Below, one piece after another: positions 63,066 to 64,000 of a stretch of DNA of 64,000 nt. The first letter of the stretch is position 1, and each line of letters opens with the position of its first letter. This DNA is from Mycobacterium phage prophiT36-1. The translations under genes and the position numbers were made by a program. The DNA lies in sequence record OQ417966.1, one strand, 5' to 3'. The notes under the pieces were generated by a model, which saw only the letters and a list, made by a program, of their open reading frames with translations, searched no databases and was not told the origin of the DNA.

Positions 63066-64000
63066 GAGAGGTTACGTGGCCGACAGCCAGGCACTTCGGA
63101 AAGTTCGGTATGCAGACAAGTTCCGGGGCTATCAGGGCCAGGCTATTGCTATGGCCCGGAAGTATCGGCGCAGCTTCCACGACGAGGACGGCGCGCAGGG
63201 GCTTGATGCCGCATTGGTTTACCACCCCACGGGTACGGGCAAGACAGCCGTCATTGCCGGTCTAACGCACGCGGCACACGAAATCGGCAATGTCCTGGTG
63301 CTGACCACACGCGAAGTCATACGTGATCAACTGGTGCGCGAGCTCAGCGGTGGCCTCTTCATTGACGAGAACAAGTTCGCGCTGCCCATGCGCCACAAAC
63401 TTTCTAAGGTCTGCTTCGCGGTGGCCGAGTCCCGCCAATTACTCGGCACAGCATTAGCGTTGCATGCGGCGACGCGAAAACGCATCCCCGACCAGGTGGT
63501 CCGGGAGTTCAGTCAGCGGCAGTTCGAGCGGCTTGCACCCGAGCCCGACATCGACATCGTGAGCCACTTGCATGAACAGAACTCTGTTCTCATTCTCACC
63601 GTCCAAATGCTGGCCCGCTTGCACCGAGGCCGCACCGGGCAGTCACCGATATACGACGTCTTGCGTCAACACGTAGACCTGGTCGTCTTCGACGAAGGAC
63701 ACTACGAACCTGCACCGCGCTACAGCGAGGCAGTGCGGGATCTAGGGCGCCCTACTGTGCTGTTGACCGCTACCCCTTTCCGTAACGACCTGAAAGCTTT
63801 TCGCATCACACCCGAGCATGTCGACATTTATCGATTCACCCAGGCGGTGCAGCAGCAGCACATCAGAGAAGTCCAGATCGTGCAGCGCACACCGACACGT
63901 GACCCGGACAAGTTCTGCGCCGATGTTCTCGATTTCTGCACATCGGTGTGGGGACCCGATCCAGGGCAGTGGACCCGCCGGATCATTATTCGCTGCGACG
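63066..64000 (+). CDS. SF2 DExH-box helicase (ResIII-like N-terminal domain), 3' end off-window; start uncertain
   Basis: FRGYQGQAI (Q-motif-like), Walker A PTGTGKT, motif II DLVVFDEGHY, motif III LLTATPF; no stop before the window end; an N-terminal frameshift against ORF 62954-63265 is possible. Confidence 0.7.

Noticed and set aside
62954-63265. ORF 62954-63265 (103 aa) as an independent gene
   Set aside because: It overlaps, out of frame, the conserved N-terminal motifs of the helicase. It is probably spurious, or it marks a frameshifted helicase start.
1-64000. CRISPR arrays, rRNA genes or IS elements with transposase
   Set aside because: No spaced identical direct repeats, no rRNA-like conserved stretches and no DDE/IS-type transposase ORF recognised. 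The only tandem repeats found lie inside protein-coding genes.

Overview
High-GC (about 64-65%) actinobacterial, Mycobacterium-like DNA. Almost the whole window is a lambda-like temperate siphovirus prophage integrated at the 3' end of a tRNA gene (bases 1-28). Its layout is: attL and tyrosine integrase (103-1221); a multi-TM membrane protein; a divergent repressor-like / Cro-like HTH pair with repeated TTCCGGAA-type operator motifs; an excisionase-like gene; and a long array of translationally coupled early genes. The early genes include a YqaJ/RecE-like exonuclease, RecT, RusA, a DnaQ-like exonuclease, a Gp37/Gp68 family protein, a PD-(D/E)XK nuclease, WhiB and many small Cys/His-rich proteins. 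Next come a serine recombinase (18087-18677) flanked by three DnaA-box-like 9-mers, and a low-GC-punctuated accessory island (about 18.7-24.4 kb). The island holds lipoproteins, a BrnT/BrnA-like toxin-antitoxin operon whose RHH antitoxin is fused to a DUF2188 domain, and a secreted Q-rich/Cys-rich toxin-like protein with immunity-like neighbours. The late module follows: ParB-domain/DNA methyltransferase fusion, large terminase, portal, MuF-protease fusion, scaffold-capsid fusion, connectors, major-tail-like protein, a 1863-aa tape measure protein with an embedded M15-peptidase-like motif, and a long run of minor tail/fibre genes. I found no small terminase and no lysin A/lysin B. At about 56.6-56.8 kb the prophage right end is interrupted, truncating a holin-like TM ORF. 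The interrupting element has lower GC and carries three translationally coupled tyrosine recombinases (RIT/Tn554-like trio), a small HTH gene and a partial SF2 DExH helicase that runs off the window. The minus strand is almost gene-free apart from the repressor-like gene and the TA-like operon; the long minus-strand ORFs in the track are treated as antisense artefacts of high GC.
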